This document shows positions 32,605-42,243 of a stretch of DNA of 64,000 nucleotides, piece after piece (position 1 is the first letter of the stretch; every line of letters starts with the position of its first letter). A program made the position numbers and the translations under genes. The notes under the pieces are model-generated. The model did no database searches and was not told where the DNA came from. It worked only from the letters and a program-made list of their open reading frames with translations. Source of the DNA: Gammaproteobacteria bacterium (GTDB taxonomy: Bacteria; Pseudomonadota; Gammaproteobacteria; JAUZRS01); NCBI GenBank assembly GCA_030949385.1, contig JAUZSP010000003.1, positions 453,670 to 517,669 on the forward strand, in the 5' to 3' direction.

Positions 32605-32635
32605 AAAAAACGGTGGCTTAGGCCACCGTTTTTTA
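32605..32635. terminator. Bidirectional rho-independent terminator between convergent genes
   Basis: aaaaaacggtggc-ttag-gccaccgtttttt. Confidence 0.75.
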
Positions 32636-32646
32636 TCTGTTCTGTT

Positions 32647-33432
32647 TTAGTGTCGTCGTGGCAATAAATTGGAGAGCAGAAAAAAGAGGCTGGCGGTGAC
32701 CACAATGGAAGGGCCGGTTGGGCTGTCCCACCAAAGGGACGCTTGAATGCCGATTAAAACCGACAGAGCGCCAATCACAATGGAGCCAAACGCCATCTGT
32801 TCGGGGCTGTTGGCCAGCCGTTGTGCCGCAGCAGAGGGAATAATCAATAGAGAAGTGATCAATAAAATACCCACCACTTTGAGCGCTACGGCCACCAATA
32901 CCGCAATCAACATGACAAAGACGACGTGGCTGCGAAACAGTGAAACCCCTTCAACTTGAGCCAGTTCTTCGTGCAGGGTGACCGCCAGCAGTTGTTGCCA
33001 CAGATAGGCCAGCACAAGCAGGCTTAGCAGGCTAACCCCAGCCATAATCCACAGCTCTTCGTTGGTGACCGATAAAATATCGCCAAACAGAAAGGCGTAG
33101 AGATCCAGTTGTTGGTTTTCAAGAAAGCCCAACCCCACTAGCCCCAACGAGAGACTGGTGTGGGAAAAAATACCTAAGAGGGTGTCGTTGGCCAGCGGTT
33201 GCCAGCGTTGCAAAAGGGCTAAAAACAGCCCTAGACCAACGGTGATCAACAGTACGCCAAAGGTGGGAGATAAGCCCATAAGAAAACCCAAAACGATGCC
33301 AAGCAGCGCCGAGTGCGAGATGGCTTCACCGAAATAGGCCATGCGTCGCCAGACGACAAAACAGCCCATGGGGCCTGCGACCACCGCGACCAACAGACCG
33401 GCAAGGATGGCGCGGTAGATAAAATCATCCAT
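32647..33432 (-). CDS. znuB: Zinc ABC transporter permease ZnuB
   Basis: Hydrophobic ABC-3 permease of ~261 aa from MDDFIYRAILAGLL. The track ORF's N-terminal extension overlaps znuC and is unlikely to be real. Confidence 0.85.
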   Translation of the reverse strand: MDDFIYRAILAGLLVAVVAGPMGCFVVWRRMAYFGEAISHSALLGIVLGFLMGLSPTFGVLLITVGLGLFLALLQRWQPLANDTLLGIFSHTSLSLGLVGLGFLENQQLDLYAFLFGDILSVTNEELWIMAGVSLLSLLVLAYLWQQLLAVTLHEELAQVEGVSLFRSHVVFVMLIAVLVAVALKVVGILLITSLLIIPSAAAQRLANSPEQMAFGSIVIGALSVLIGIQASLWWDSPTGPSIVVTASLFFLLSNLLPRRH

Positions 33433-34192
33433 GTTTATTTGGCTCTGAATGAGGCAGGATATTGCCGTGCAGGTCGTGTTGGTGGTCGTGGTGGTGGTTG
33501 TAGAGTGCCATGCTGTTGTCCAGAGCGCCAAACAGGCGCAGGTATTCAGGGTGCTGACTGACCGATTCGGGGTGCCCCGTGCAGCAAATATGGTGGTTCA
33601 GACAGATAACAAAATCGCTGGCGGCCATCACCAGATGTAGATCGTGGGAGACCATAAAGACGCTGCAACCCTGTTCGTCACGTACTTGGGCGATGATGCG
33701 ATACAGCTCTTGTTGGCCGTTGATATCAACGCCTTGCGCTGGTTCATCCAGTACCAGCAAGTTCGGTTCGCGCAGCAGAGCACGAGCAAGCAGCAGGCGC
33801 TGCATCTCGCCGCCGGAGACTTTTTGCAACGGTTTGTGCAAAATGGCTTGGATTTCAGTGAGTTCTAAAATAGTCTGCTGCTGCGATAAGTCAACTGGCA
33901 TATTCAGGGTGAGAAATCGTGCCACGGTGAGAGGTAGGCTGGGGTTGATGTGCAGCTTTTGCGGCATGTAACCGATGCGTAGGTCGGGGCGCTGGTAAAT
34001 CTGGCCTTGTTGCGGTTTGAGTAGGCCGAGCAAAAGGCGGATCAGTGTGCTTTTGCCAGAGCCATTGGGGCCGATGAGGGTGAGGATTTTTCCTTCGCGC
34101 AGTTCAAAACTGATGTTTTTCAGTACCTCTTGGCCTTGAAACTGATGGCTGAGCTGGTCGCATTTGAGAATTATTGAGTGCTTGTTTGTCAT
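33425..34192 (-). CDS. znuC: Zinc ABC transporter ATP-binding protein ZnuC with a His-rich C-terminal tail
   Basis: Walker A GPNGSGKST, ABC signature LSGGEMQR, Walker B LLVLDEP. C-terminal HHHDHQHDLHGN. Confidence 0.85.
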   Translation of the reverse strand: MTNKHSIILKCDQLSHQFQGQEVLKNISFELREGKILTLIGPNGSGKSTLIRLLLGLLKPQQGQIYQRPDLRIGYMPQKLHINPSLPLTVARFLTLNMPVDLSQQQTILELTEIQAILHKPLQKVSGGEMQRLLLARALLREPNLLVLDEPAQGVDINGQQELYRIIAQVRDEQGCSVFMVSHDLHLVMAASDFVICLNHHICCTGHPESVSQHPEYLRLFGALDNSMALYNHHHDHQHDLHGNILPHSEPNKHG

Positions 34193-34258
34193 GCTGGGCT
34201 TTTGGGTTGATGCATTCGGGCTGATTTTACTGATCTTTTGAGGGGTGTGGTGAGGGAA

Positions 34259-35203
34259 ATGCGCTTTATTTTAAAAAATAGGTGGATGCTGTTTCTATTG
34301 TGGGTGGTTTTGTCCGTAAGCCAAGAGGCTCGTTCTGAGGCGGCGATTCGGCTGGTGGTTTCCATTAAGCCTCTGCATTCTCTAGCCAGTGCGGTGATGC
34401 GGGGGGTGGCAGAGCCGCAGTTGTTGATTAAAGGTCGGGTTTCGCCGCATCATTTTTCACTGAAGCCGAGTCACATTCGTATGTTGCAACAAGCAGATAT
34501 TCTGCTGTGGCTGGGCGCTACAGTGGAATCCTCGCTGGCCAAAGTGGTTGGGCAGTTGCCCGTTTCGGTGCAGAGTTTGAGCTTGTTACAGGAGCCGAGT
34601 CTGTTGCGGTTGCCGCTGCGAAACGGCGGTGTCTGGCATCACGATCATAATCATGGTGGCGTGGCGGAGTTGTTGGATGAGGGGGTGAAGATAGACTCTC
34701 ATCTTTGGTTGGATCCTTTTAATGCGAAACGTATTGTGCAGCGTTTGGCGGTGCTGTTAAGTCAGCGTGATCCCCGTAATCAAGAGCGCTACAAGGCCAA
34801 TGCGGAACGAGTTCTGAAACAGTTACAGGCCTTGCATTTGGAAATTAAGTTGCGCTTGGCGCCGATTCAGAATCGACCCTACTTGGTCTATCATGACGCT
34901 TATCAATATTTTGAGCGCCGTTACGCTTTGGCAGCAACGGGGGCGCTTGTGTTGGATTTGAGCCAGAGAGCGGGGGCAAAGCGGCTGCGCTTGTTGCGTA
35001 AAAAAATACAGTCTGATGCCATTCGTTGTGCTTTTTTTGAACCGCAGTACGATGCCCGTCTGTTGAATTCGGTGGTGGCTAATTTGCCGATTAAAGTTGA
35101 CGTATTGGATCCCTTGGGGGCTGATTTGCCCGCTGGAGAGGCGCTCTATTTTGATTTGATGCGGCGTTTAACGGCGCAGTTGGTGAGTTGTTTATCAGAT
35201 TAG
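34259..35203 (+). CDS. znuA: Periplasmic zinc-binding protein ZnuA (start ambiguous between 34238 and 34286)
   Basis: Divergent from znuCB. Signal peptide. The His-rich loop WHHDHNHGG is typical of ZnuA, on a cluster-9 SBP fold. Confidence 0.8.
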   Translation: MRFILKNRWMLFLLWVVLSVSQEARSEAAIRLVVSIKPLHSLASAVMRGVAEPQLLIKGRVSPHHFSLKPSHIRMLQQADILLWLGATVESSLAKVVGQLPVSVQSLSLLQEPSLLRLPLRNGGVWHHDHNHGGVAELLDEGVKIDSHLWLDPFNAKRIVQRLAVLLSQRDPRNQERYKANAERVLKQLQALHLEIKLRLAPIQNRPYLVYHDAYQYFERRYALAATGALVLDLSQRAGAKRLRLLRKKIQSDAIRCAFFEPQYDARLLNSVVANLPIKVDVLDPLGADLPAGEALYFDLMRRLTAQLVSCLSD

Positions 35204-35235
35204 ACCTATACTTTGACTCTAGCAGGAGAGAAACG

Positions 35236-35469
35236 ATGAAAATGTTACTGTTGCTGCTGTTTTGTCTGAATTCTGTTGGGGTTATGGCGGAAGCCAAATA
35301 CGAGGAGACCCCTTATCCAGAGCCTAAAGTGGTGTTCGATTTTTTTCTCGATGATCCTAAAAAAATGGCCAGTGCGCTGTACTGGTTGCGCTCTTTGATG
35401 AACCCGCTAATGGACTCGCCATACGATTACGCGCCTGAGTTTATGGAGTTGAAGGTGGTGATTCACTGA
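35236..35469 (+). CDS. Small secreted 77-aa protein resembling the N-terminal part of a DsrE-like (COG1416) protein; possibly a truncated remnant
   Basis: RBS aggagag. Signal peptide MKMLLLLLFCLNSVGVMA. KVVFDFFLDDPKK...ELKVVIH parallels KVVYQLNKADP...EIVVEVFAEG of the 5228 protein, but the ORF stops where the G.G..LL motif should follow. Confidence 0.35.
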   Translation: MKMLLLLLFCLNSVGVMAEAKYEETPYPEPKVVFDFFLDDPKKMASALYWLRSLMNPLMDSPYDYAPEFMELKVVIH

Positions 35470-35532
35470 ACAGCAGACAAAAAAAGGGAAGATAAATTCC
35501 TCCCTTGGTTGAAGTCTATTGGAGCAATGCGT

Positions 35533-36346
35533 TTAACGGGTTGGTAGACGCAATTTCTGTCCGGGCTGGATTTTGTTAGGATCCGAAATGATGTCACGAT
35601 TGGCATCAAATAGACGTTGATACGCTTGTGCATCGCCATAAAGACGAGCTGCAATACCCGATAGACTTTCACCTGGTTTGACCGTAATGGTGGCTTGAGA
35701 GGTGGTCTCTTCAACCAATACCGGCAGAGTGAAGGTGGGCGCAGTAAGAACATTGTCACTGCGCGTCGCCTGTTGCATTGAGGTCAACACTCGGTTCGGT
35801 ATCATCACCACTATCAGCGACTGTCTCCCCTTCATCATCCACTTCGGAGCTTAGACTCTGTAGATAAGGATCGTTAGAGTCGTTGATGGTGGCACTGAAA
35901 CCTTGAATCGCATTTTGAATCAGCTCGGTTTCGGTGGCCTCTTTGTCCAGCTCGGCTGCTAGGCTGTTGGTATTTTCTTTTGCCCCTGCTTCTTCATCAA
36001 CCGCATTGGATATGGCTTGCTGAATGGAGAGAAAGGAGGAGTCTAGACTGACATCGCCACTGGACTCAGCGGGTGCGCTGACCATGGGAGCCGTGGTGAT
36101 TTTGATTTCAGGTTTAAGTTCTGCTTTGGATTTTGGTGCTGGTTTACTGACCACAACAGCGGCTTTTGGGGCTTTTGTTGCTTCAGCATTGATTTCTACG
36201 GGTTCAGCTACTTCCGTTCCGGCTGCTTTTAAAATAGCGCGTTCAATCGAAGACAGTGCGTCTCCGTTGTCGGTGGCCGCCAACAGCGGCATTGAATGCA
36301 AACTTGTGAATATGATTGCCGAATAAACGGTGAGCGAAATTTTCAT
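35533..36346 (-). CDS. Secreted acidic protein with a C-terminal LysM domain, read as two overlapping frames (35756-36346 and 35533-35838); possibly one gene with a 1-nt indel near 35758
   Basis: The N-terminal part has a signal peptide (MKISLTVYSAIIFTSLHSMPLLAA) and a Glu/Asp-rich region. The C-terminal frame carries a LysM domain (VKPGESLSGIAARLYGDAQAYQRLFDANRDIISDPNKIQPGQKLRLP) but no RBS or signal peptide of its own. Deleting one T would join the frames as ...GDAQDNVLTAP.... Confidence 0.5.
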
Positions 36347-36468
36347 GTTGCTCCCTCCGCCGAGTAAAAAAAGGTCTGTCGAAGCGTAATTGACGCTTGA
36401 CCAATGGGGTTTATAAATCACACTGTTTTTAAGTGAACGTCAGTATAACTCTTTTTCACTTTTAGGTA

Positions 36469-36502
36469 TTAAAAGGCATGAAGTGTTCTGCATGCCTTTT
36501 AA
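36469..36502 (-). terminator. Rho-independent terminator downstream of the rhodanese gene
   Basis: aaaaggcatg-aagtgttctg-catgcctttt. Confidence 0.6.
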
Positions 36503-36526
36503 TGATTGTCATCTGTCGAAACTGGG

Positions 36527-37174
36527 TTATTTACCCGGTTTTACCACGGTGAGTCCCAGCAGTTGCCACGTCTGCATGCCGCCACGGAAGTAGTGCAGTT
36601 TTTCAGGTGGGTAACCGACGCGCATCAGACCTTTGATCGCACGGGGGGATTGACCACACCAAGGGCCGTTACAAAACAGCAGCAGTGATTTGGCATTGCG
36701 GAAATCCCAAAGATCCGCGCCTTGTTTCTTCGCTCCCAGTGCTTTCAGGACTTGACCTAAGTTGGGGTCGTCCGCTGGTGCGCTGGTGATGGTAAAGGGA
36801 ATGTTAACGGAACCGGGGATGGTGCCCTTTTTATGCCATTGTGGGGTGCGTGCATCGATCAACATGCCGCTGCCGTCTTTGGATTTGGTGAGCAGAAAGT
36901 CAAGCACTTCCATTTCGCCAACCGTGCGTACCCCAGGGGCTGCTTTCATCGGTTGAACGCAGAAAGGAGGACATTTGCGTGAGGTTTTTGCAAAGCCGTT
37001 GGTGAGTTTGTGTTTCTGGTCTTGAATACGTTCGATACGGACTTTTTTACCAAAATAGGTAATGTCCACGTAAGGCAACTCTGGTGAAATGTTAACGGAA
37101 CGAGCTTGGACACTCTGCATAGAAAAGAGTGCTGCTAAGCCAAGAATTGGTAAAGTTATGAGTTTAAATTTCAT
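36527..37174 (-). CDS. Periplasmic rhodanese-domain protein (sulfurtransferase-like)
   Basis: Signal peptide (MKFKLITLPILGLAALFSMQSVQA). Rhodanese fold signatures DARTPQWHKKGTIPGSVNIP and an active-site Cys loop LLFCNGPWCGQS. Confidence 0.7.
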   Translation of the reverse strand: MKFKLITLPILGLAALFSMQSVQARSVNISPELPYVDITYFGKKVRIERIQDQKHKLTNGFAKTSRKCPPFCVQPMKAAPGVRTVGEMEVLDFLLTKSKDGSGMLIDARTPQWHKKGTIPGSVNIPFTITSAPADDPNLGQVLKALGAKKQGADLWDFRNAKSLLLFCNGPWCGQSPRAIKGLMRVGYPPEKLHYFRGGMQTWQLLGLTVVKPGK

Positions 37175-37573
37175 CGCCCTTGGAACCTCCTACCCTGGTT
37201 ATTGTATGGGTGATCATTTCATTTTGTCTCTCTCCATCACGTTGTTGTGAGTGGAGATCTACAGCTGTTTAAGTCTCGATTTGGTGTCTCTTTTTATCGA
37301 GAGATTTCATCTTCGCATACCCATCTTCTTTTTTTCGGAGATCGGTAACAGGCTCTTTTCAGACCCCTTTTTGCTGTTGTTGTCACAACGGGTTAACTTT
37401 TTCACAGTGGCTGGATGAGGTCAATAGACGGACTCACCGTAGGTCTGAGTAACGGTTACCACTATCTGGCATTCTTGAGAATTTTGTAGGATTTATGCTT
37501 AAAAGCTTTTAAATGTGATTCAGAGCCTCGATTTTGCAATGTTTCTGTTGCTGCCACTTAGGATTGAGAATGC

Positions 37574-37581
37574 TTGTATAA
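37574..37581 (+). promoter_or_regulatory. Extended -10 promoter element (TGtATAAT) for ppa
   Basis: tgtataat sits 33 nt upstream of the ppa ATG within a ~440-bp intergenic region. Confidence 0.4.
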
Positions 37582-37614
37582 TGCCTTCTTTTCGACGGAT
37601 GAAGTGAGTGCGTT

Positions 37615-38151
37615 ATGAACTTGGATAAGTTAGACATTGGTGACAACGTTCCAGATGAAGTGAACGTTGTGATTGAAATCCCAGCACAAGGTGAGCCAGT
37701 TAAGTATGAGCTGGATAAAGAGAGCGGGGGGTTGGTTGTGGATCGTTTTTTCGGTACCGCCATGCATTACCCATGCAACTACGGTTTTGTGCCCCACACC
37801 TTGTCCGAAGACGGTGATCCGGTGGATGTGTTGGTGATCACTCGGGTGCCTTTGCTGAACAGCGCGATTATTGCCGTACGTCCGGTGGGCATGCTGCGTA
37901 TGGAAGATGAATCCGGTGTGGATGCCAAAATCATCGCAGTACCCATTGATAAATTGACCCGCCAGTATAAAGATGTGCATGAACTGGAAGACTTGCCCGA
38001 AACCTTTTTGCATGAGATTTCTCATTTTTTCGAGCAGTACAAAGCTTTGGAGCCGGGTAAGTGGGCCAAGGTGGACGGTTGGGCTGATGCAGCAGCGGCT
38101 AAACAAGAGATTGTTGATTCAATAACTCGCTATGGAAATGATGCGACCTAG
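37615..38151 (+). CDS. ppa: Inorganic pyrophosphatase
   Basis: 178 aa with VVIEIPAQGEPVKYELDKESG and DGDPVDVLV, the family I PPase signature. Confidence 0.9.
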   Translation: MNLDKLDIGDNVPDEVNVVIEIPAQGEPVKYELDKESGGLVVDRFFGTAMHYPCNYGFVPHTLSEDGDPVDVLVITRVPLLNSAIIAVRPVGMLRMEDESGVDAKIIAVPIDKLTRQYKDVHELEDLPETFLHEISHFFEQYKALEPGKWAKVDGWADAAAAKQEIVDSITRYGNDAT

Positions 38152-38220
38152 TTGTTGAGCACATGTTTTATCCCATTTTGAAATCAGGATTGTTTTGTCT
38201 CTCTTGGTGTTTTCAATAGA

Positions 38221-40098
38221 GTGGCGTTTATGGCTCGACGAGATCGAATACGTGACTTCAGTGGGGAAGCCCGAGTCATTCGTGAGCGTGCGATTTTGGC
38301 TGGGCTGTTGTGCGGTTTGATCATTGTGGTCTTGCTGGCACGGCTATTTCTGCTGCAAAAAGTCAATCACGAACATTATTTAACCCTCTCTACTAAAAAT
38401 CGCGTCCGTCTGATGGCGATTGCCCCCACTCGGGGGCAAATTTTTGATCGTAATGGGGTGGTCTTGGCGCAAAACCTTCCCAGCTATCGTTTGGAGATTA
38501 CCGCCGAAGAAGTTGCCTCAATGGAAGAGACTTTGCAGCAGTTGCAGCAGTACGTCTCTTTGAGTGAACGTGACATCAAACGCTTTAAAAAACTCAATCG
38601 ACGTAAACGTGCTTCAGAGGGGGTGCCGGTACGTTTTAATATGAGCGATCAGGAAGTGGCTCGATTCTCAGTGCATCGCCACCTTTTTCCGGGGGTTGAG
38701 GTGGTGGTGCGTCTGAATCGAAGTTATCCACTGAAAGAGTTGGCCGTACACACGGTTGGTTATGTGGGACGAATTAATGAGCGTGAAGCTAAAAAATTGG
38801 ATCGTGCTCGTTACAGTGGCACAACCCATACGGGCAAGACAGGCATTGAAAAATATTATGAAAATTTGCTGCATGGCCAAGTGGGCTTTCGTCAGGTAGA
38901 GGTCAATGTGCAGGGGAGAGTGGTGCAGGAACTGGATAAAAAAGCCCCCTTGCCAGGTAAAAACCTCTATTTGACCTTGGATTCAGGTTTGCAGGCGGCA
39001 GCAGAAAAAGCCTTAGCCGATTACAGCGGAGCGGCAGCGGTGGTGGATGTGCGCACCGGTGAGGTCTTGGCTTTGGTCAGTAAGCCGGTTTATGATCCGA
39101 ATCTATTTGTAAATGGCATCAGCCAGAAAAATTACGATTTATTGCGTAACAATGATGAACGACCGCTCTTCAATCGCAGTGTGTCGGGTCAATACCCGCC
39201 TGGTTCAACGATCAAACCGATGATGGGTGTGATTGGTTTGGAAGAGGGTGTGGTTTCAGTCCATGATCGTGTGTTTTGTGCGGGGTTTTATCGATTGCCC
39301 AATGAAGCGCGCCGTTACCGAGACTGGAAGCGCAGCGGTCATGGTTTGGTTAATTTGGAGCAGTCCATTGCTCAATCTTGCGATGTTTATTTTTACGATT
39401 TGGCTTTGAAGCTGGGCATTGATCGGCTTTCACCTTTTATGCAGCGCTTTGGTTTTGGTCATCGTACTGGCATTGATGTTCCTGGTGAAGCGAGTGGCAT
39501 TATGCCGTCACGTGCTTGGAAAAAGCGCAATCGCAAACAGTCGTGGTATCCAGGAGAGACGATCATTACCGGCATTGGCCAAGGCTATATGACGGTTACA
39601 CCGTTGCAGTTGGCGGTGGCAACGTCGGTGATTGCCAGCAAGGGGCGACGAGTACAGCCACACTTATTGATGGGGTCACAAGATATTTTGGGCGGTGAAG
39701 TGAAGTTGAGCAGCAGTCAGTTGTTAACGCCGTTGAATGACATTAAAGCGCAAACGTGGCAGGCGGTGATTCACTCTATGGAGAGCGTCATGTATGCACC
39801 TCAAGGGACAGGGCGACGCTCGGCTCTTAATGCGTCCTATCGGATTGCTGGAAAAACCGGTACAGCACAGGTTTACAGCTTGGGGCAAGATGAAAAATAC
39901 GATGCCAAAACCTTGGCTTATAAACTGCGGGATCACGCTCTGTTTGTTGCTTTTGCGCCGCTTGATCAGCCGAAAATTGCTTTGGCTGTGATCGCGGAGC
40001 ACGGTGGCGGCGGTGGTTCGGTGGCGGCACCGATTGCGCGTAAAATTTTAGATTATTATCTTGATGAAGGGGCTGCCTCCTCACGGAAGGAGCAGTAG
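38221..40098 (+). CDS. mrdA: Penicillin-binding protein 2 (peptidoglycan D,D-transpeptidase MrdA)
   Basis: N-terminal TM anchor, SxxK (GSTIKP) and KTG (GKTGTAQ) motifs. Followed by rodA. Confidence 0.9.
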   Translation: MAFMARRDRIRDFSGEARVIRERAILAGLLCGLIIVVLLARLFLLQKVNHEHYLTLSTKNRVRLMAIAPTRGQIFDRNGVVLAQNLPSYRLEITAEEVASMEETLQQLQQYVSLSERDIKRFKKLNRRKRASEGVPVRFNMSDQEVARFSVHRHLFPGVEVVVRLNRSYPLKELAVHTVGYVGRINEREAKKLDRARYSGTTHTGKTGIEKYYENLLHGQVGFRQVEVNVQGRVVQELDKKAPLPGKNLYLTLDSGLQAAAEKALADYSGAAAVVDVRTGEVLALVSKPVYDPNLFVNGISQKNYDLLRNNDERPLFNRSVSGQYPPGSTIKPMMGVIGLEEGVVSVHDRVFCAGFYRLPNEARRYRDWKRSGHGLVNLEQSIAQSCDVYFYDLALKLGIDRLSPFMQRFGFGHRTGIDVPGEASGIMPSRAWKKRNRKQSWYPGETIITGIGQGYMTVTPLQLAVATSVIASKGRRVQPHLLMGSQDILGGEVKLSSSQLLTPLNDIKAQTWQAVIHSMESVMYAPQGTGRRSALNASYRIAGKTGTAQVYSLGQDEKYDAKTLAYKLRDHALFVAFAPLDQPKIALAVIAEHGGGGGSVAAPIARKILDYYLDEGAASSRKEQ

Positions 40099-40102
40099 GT
40101 CG

Positions 40103-41242
40103 ATGGCTTATTACGGTTACGATCGACGTCAGAATAACCCTCCTACATCTCTGTCGCGGATGATCTTGCAGTTTTTTCATCTGGATGGGTCTCTGTTGAT
40201 CTTGATCAGCCTGCTCTGTGGTGTGGGTTTGCTGGTGTTGTACAGCGCCAGTGGTGAGAGTGTGCGAATTGTTAATCGACAGGCAATGCATTTGGGTGCG
40301 GCTTATGTGGGCATGTTGCTGTTGGCGCAGGTCTCACCACAAACCTTGCAACGCTGGTCGCCGTGGCTGTTTCTGCTTGGCCTGCTGGCTCTGTTGGCGG
40401 TGCTGTTTTTTGGTGAAATGGGCAAAGGCGCACAGCGTTGGATTAACCTTGGTTTTATCCGTTTTCAACCTGCGGAGGTGATGAAATTGGCAGTGCCGAT
40501 GATGGTGGCTTGGTATTTGAGTGCCTTTGCCATGCCGCCCCGTTCGGTGCGTATTTTGATGGCGATGTTGTTGGTGCTGGTGCCTTGCGTGATGATCGGT
40601 ATGCAGCCGGATTTGGGTACGGCGATTTTGGTTGGCAGTGCCGGTTTTTTTGTGCTCTTTTTTGCGGGTATGCGTTTGCGTTTGATCGTCGGTCTGTTGG
40701 TTGTGGCTGGAGCGATGGTGCCGGTGATGTGGTACTTTTTTATGCACGCCTACCAGCGGCAACGGGTGTTGACTTTTTTAAACCCTGAATCCGATCCTTT
40801 GGGGTCGGGCTATCACATCATTCAATCTAAAATTGCCATTGGCAGTGGGGGGTTGTATGGCAAGGGGTGGTTGAACGGCTCGCAGTCGCAGCTGGATTTT
40901 TTGCCAGAGAGTTCGACGGATTTTATTTTTGCGGTGTTTGGCGAGGAGTTTGGCTGGTTTGGGGTGGTGGTGCTGCTGCTGCTCTATTTGTTGGTGGTGG
41001 TGCGTGGCCTCATGATTGCTGCACAGACGCAAGATCGTTATGCGCGTATGTTGGCAGGCAGTTTGAGCATGACATTTTTTGTTTATTTAGTGGTGAATGT
41101 TGGTATGGTGACCGGCATGTTACCCGTGGTGGGAGTGCCGTTGCCGCTGGTGAGTTATGGGGGAACCTCTGCGGTGACCCTAATGGTGGGTTTCGGCATT
41201 CTTATGTCCATTCAATCAGATCGACGACTATTGGCAAGATAG
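40103..41242 (+). CDS. rodA: Rod shape-determining protein RodA (SEDS glycosyltransferase)
   Basis: About 10-TM SEDS family protein directly downstream of mrdA. The ATG at 40103 is 4 nt after the mrdA stop. Confidence 0.9.
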   Translation: MAYYGYDRRQNNPPTSLSRMILQFFHLDGSLLILISLLCGVGLLVLYSASGESVRIVNRQAMHLGAAYVGMLLLAQVSPQTLQRWSPWLFLLGLLALLAVLFFGEMGKGAQRWINLGFIRFQPAEVMKLAVPMMVAWYLSAFAMPPRSVRILMAMLLVLVPCVMIGMQPDLGTAILVGSAGFFVLFFAGMRLRLIVGLLVVAGAMVPVMWYFFMHAYQRQRVLTFLNPESDPLGSGYHIIQSKIAIGSGGLYGKGWLNGSQSQLDFLPESSTDFIFAVFGEEFGWFGVVVLLLLYLLVVVRGLMIAAQTQDRYARMLAGSLSMTFFVYLVVNVGMVTGMLPVVGVPLPLVSYGGTSAVTLMVGFGILMSIQSDRRLLAR

Positions 41243-41246
41243 GGAT

Positions 41247-42242
41247 ATGAAAAACAGTAAACTTTTGCAGGGTATTGTGGGTTCGGTGTTGTTGTTGGCC
41301 GCTTCGTTAACGCAAGCGTCTTACAGTGATCGTCAAGATGTGCGTCAATTTATTCAGAAGATGGTAAAAAAACATCAACTGGATAAGGCGATGTTGACCG
41401 AGTTATTTCGCGGCGCTGAGAAACAAAACGTCGTGTTAAAAGCGATGGCCAAACCGGCGGAAGGCGTTATGCAGTGGCACCGGTATCGGCGTATTTTTCT
41501 GACCGACAATCGCATCAATAAAGGCGTGGCCTTTTGGCGGGACAACCGCGCTTTGCTGGAACGAGCGGAAAAAAAATTCGGTGTACCCGCTAGGATCATT
41601 GTGGCCATTATTGGCGTTGAAACTTATTACGGTAAACGCTGGGGTACGCTGCCGGTGTTGGATACGTTGATCACTTTGGCCTTTGATTACCCCAAGCGGG
41701 CTAAATTTTTTACCAAAGAGTTGGAGCACTTTTTACTCTTGCAAGAGCAAGAGTCTATTGATGTGCTTAAGGTGACCGGTTCTTACGCTGGAGCGATGGG
41801 GATGCCGCAGTTTATCTCCAGCAGCTATCGTGCGTACGCGGTGGATTTTGATGGTGATGGCAAACGAGATCTCTGGAACAGTAAATCCGATGTGATTGGC
41901 AGTGTAGCCAACTACTTTAAGCGTCACGGCTGGAAAATGGGACAGCCCGTTACGGAACAGCTGTTTCCCGAAGGGGATGCTTATAAGTCGCTGTTGAGTA
42001 AAAAACTGAAACCAAAACGCTCTGCACGGCAGTTGAAAAAAGCCGGTTTTGCTGTTGATGCCAAAAAAGGTGAGCGCTTTAGCGTTACTGAATTTGTACA
42101 AAAAAAGGGCGCAGATGTGTGGTTGGGGCGGCATAATTTTTATGTCATTACCCGTTACAATCACAGTGCCATGTACGCGATGGCGGTCTATCAATTGAGT
42201 GAAGAGATCGCTAAAAAGCGTCAACAAGAGATGATTAAGTAG
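41247..42242 (+). CDS. mltB: Lytic murein transglycosylase B
   Basis: Signal peptide. The MltB family motifs GVPARIIVAIIGVETYYG and GAMGMPQF are present. Confidence 0.85.
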   Translation: MKNSKLLQGIVGSVLLLAASLTQASYSDRQDVRQFIQKMVKKHQLDKAMLTELFRGAEKQNVVLKAMAKPAEGVMQWHRYRRIFLTDNRINKGVAFWRDNRALLERAEKKFGVPARIIVAIIGVETYYGKRWGTLPVLDTLITLAFDYPKRAKFFTKELEHFLLLQEQESIDVLKVTGSYAGAMGMPQFISSSYRAYAVDFDGDGKRDLWNSKSDVIGSVANYFKRHGWKMGQPVTEQLFPEGDAYKSLLSKKLKPKRSARQLKKAGFAVDAKKGERFSVTEFVQKKGADVWLGRHNFYVITRYNHSAMYAMAVYQLSEEIAKKRQQEMIK

Positions 42243-42243
42243 T

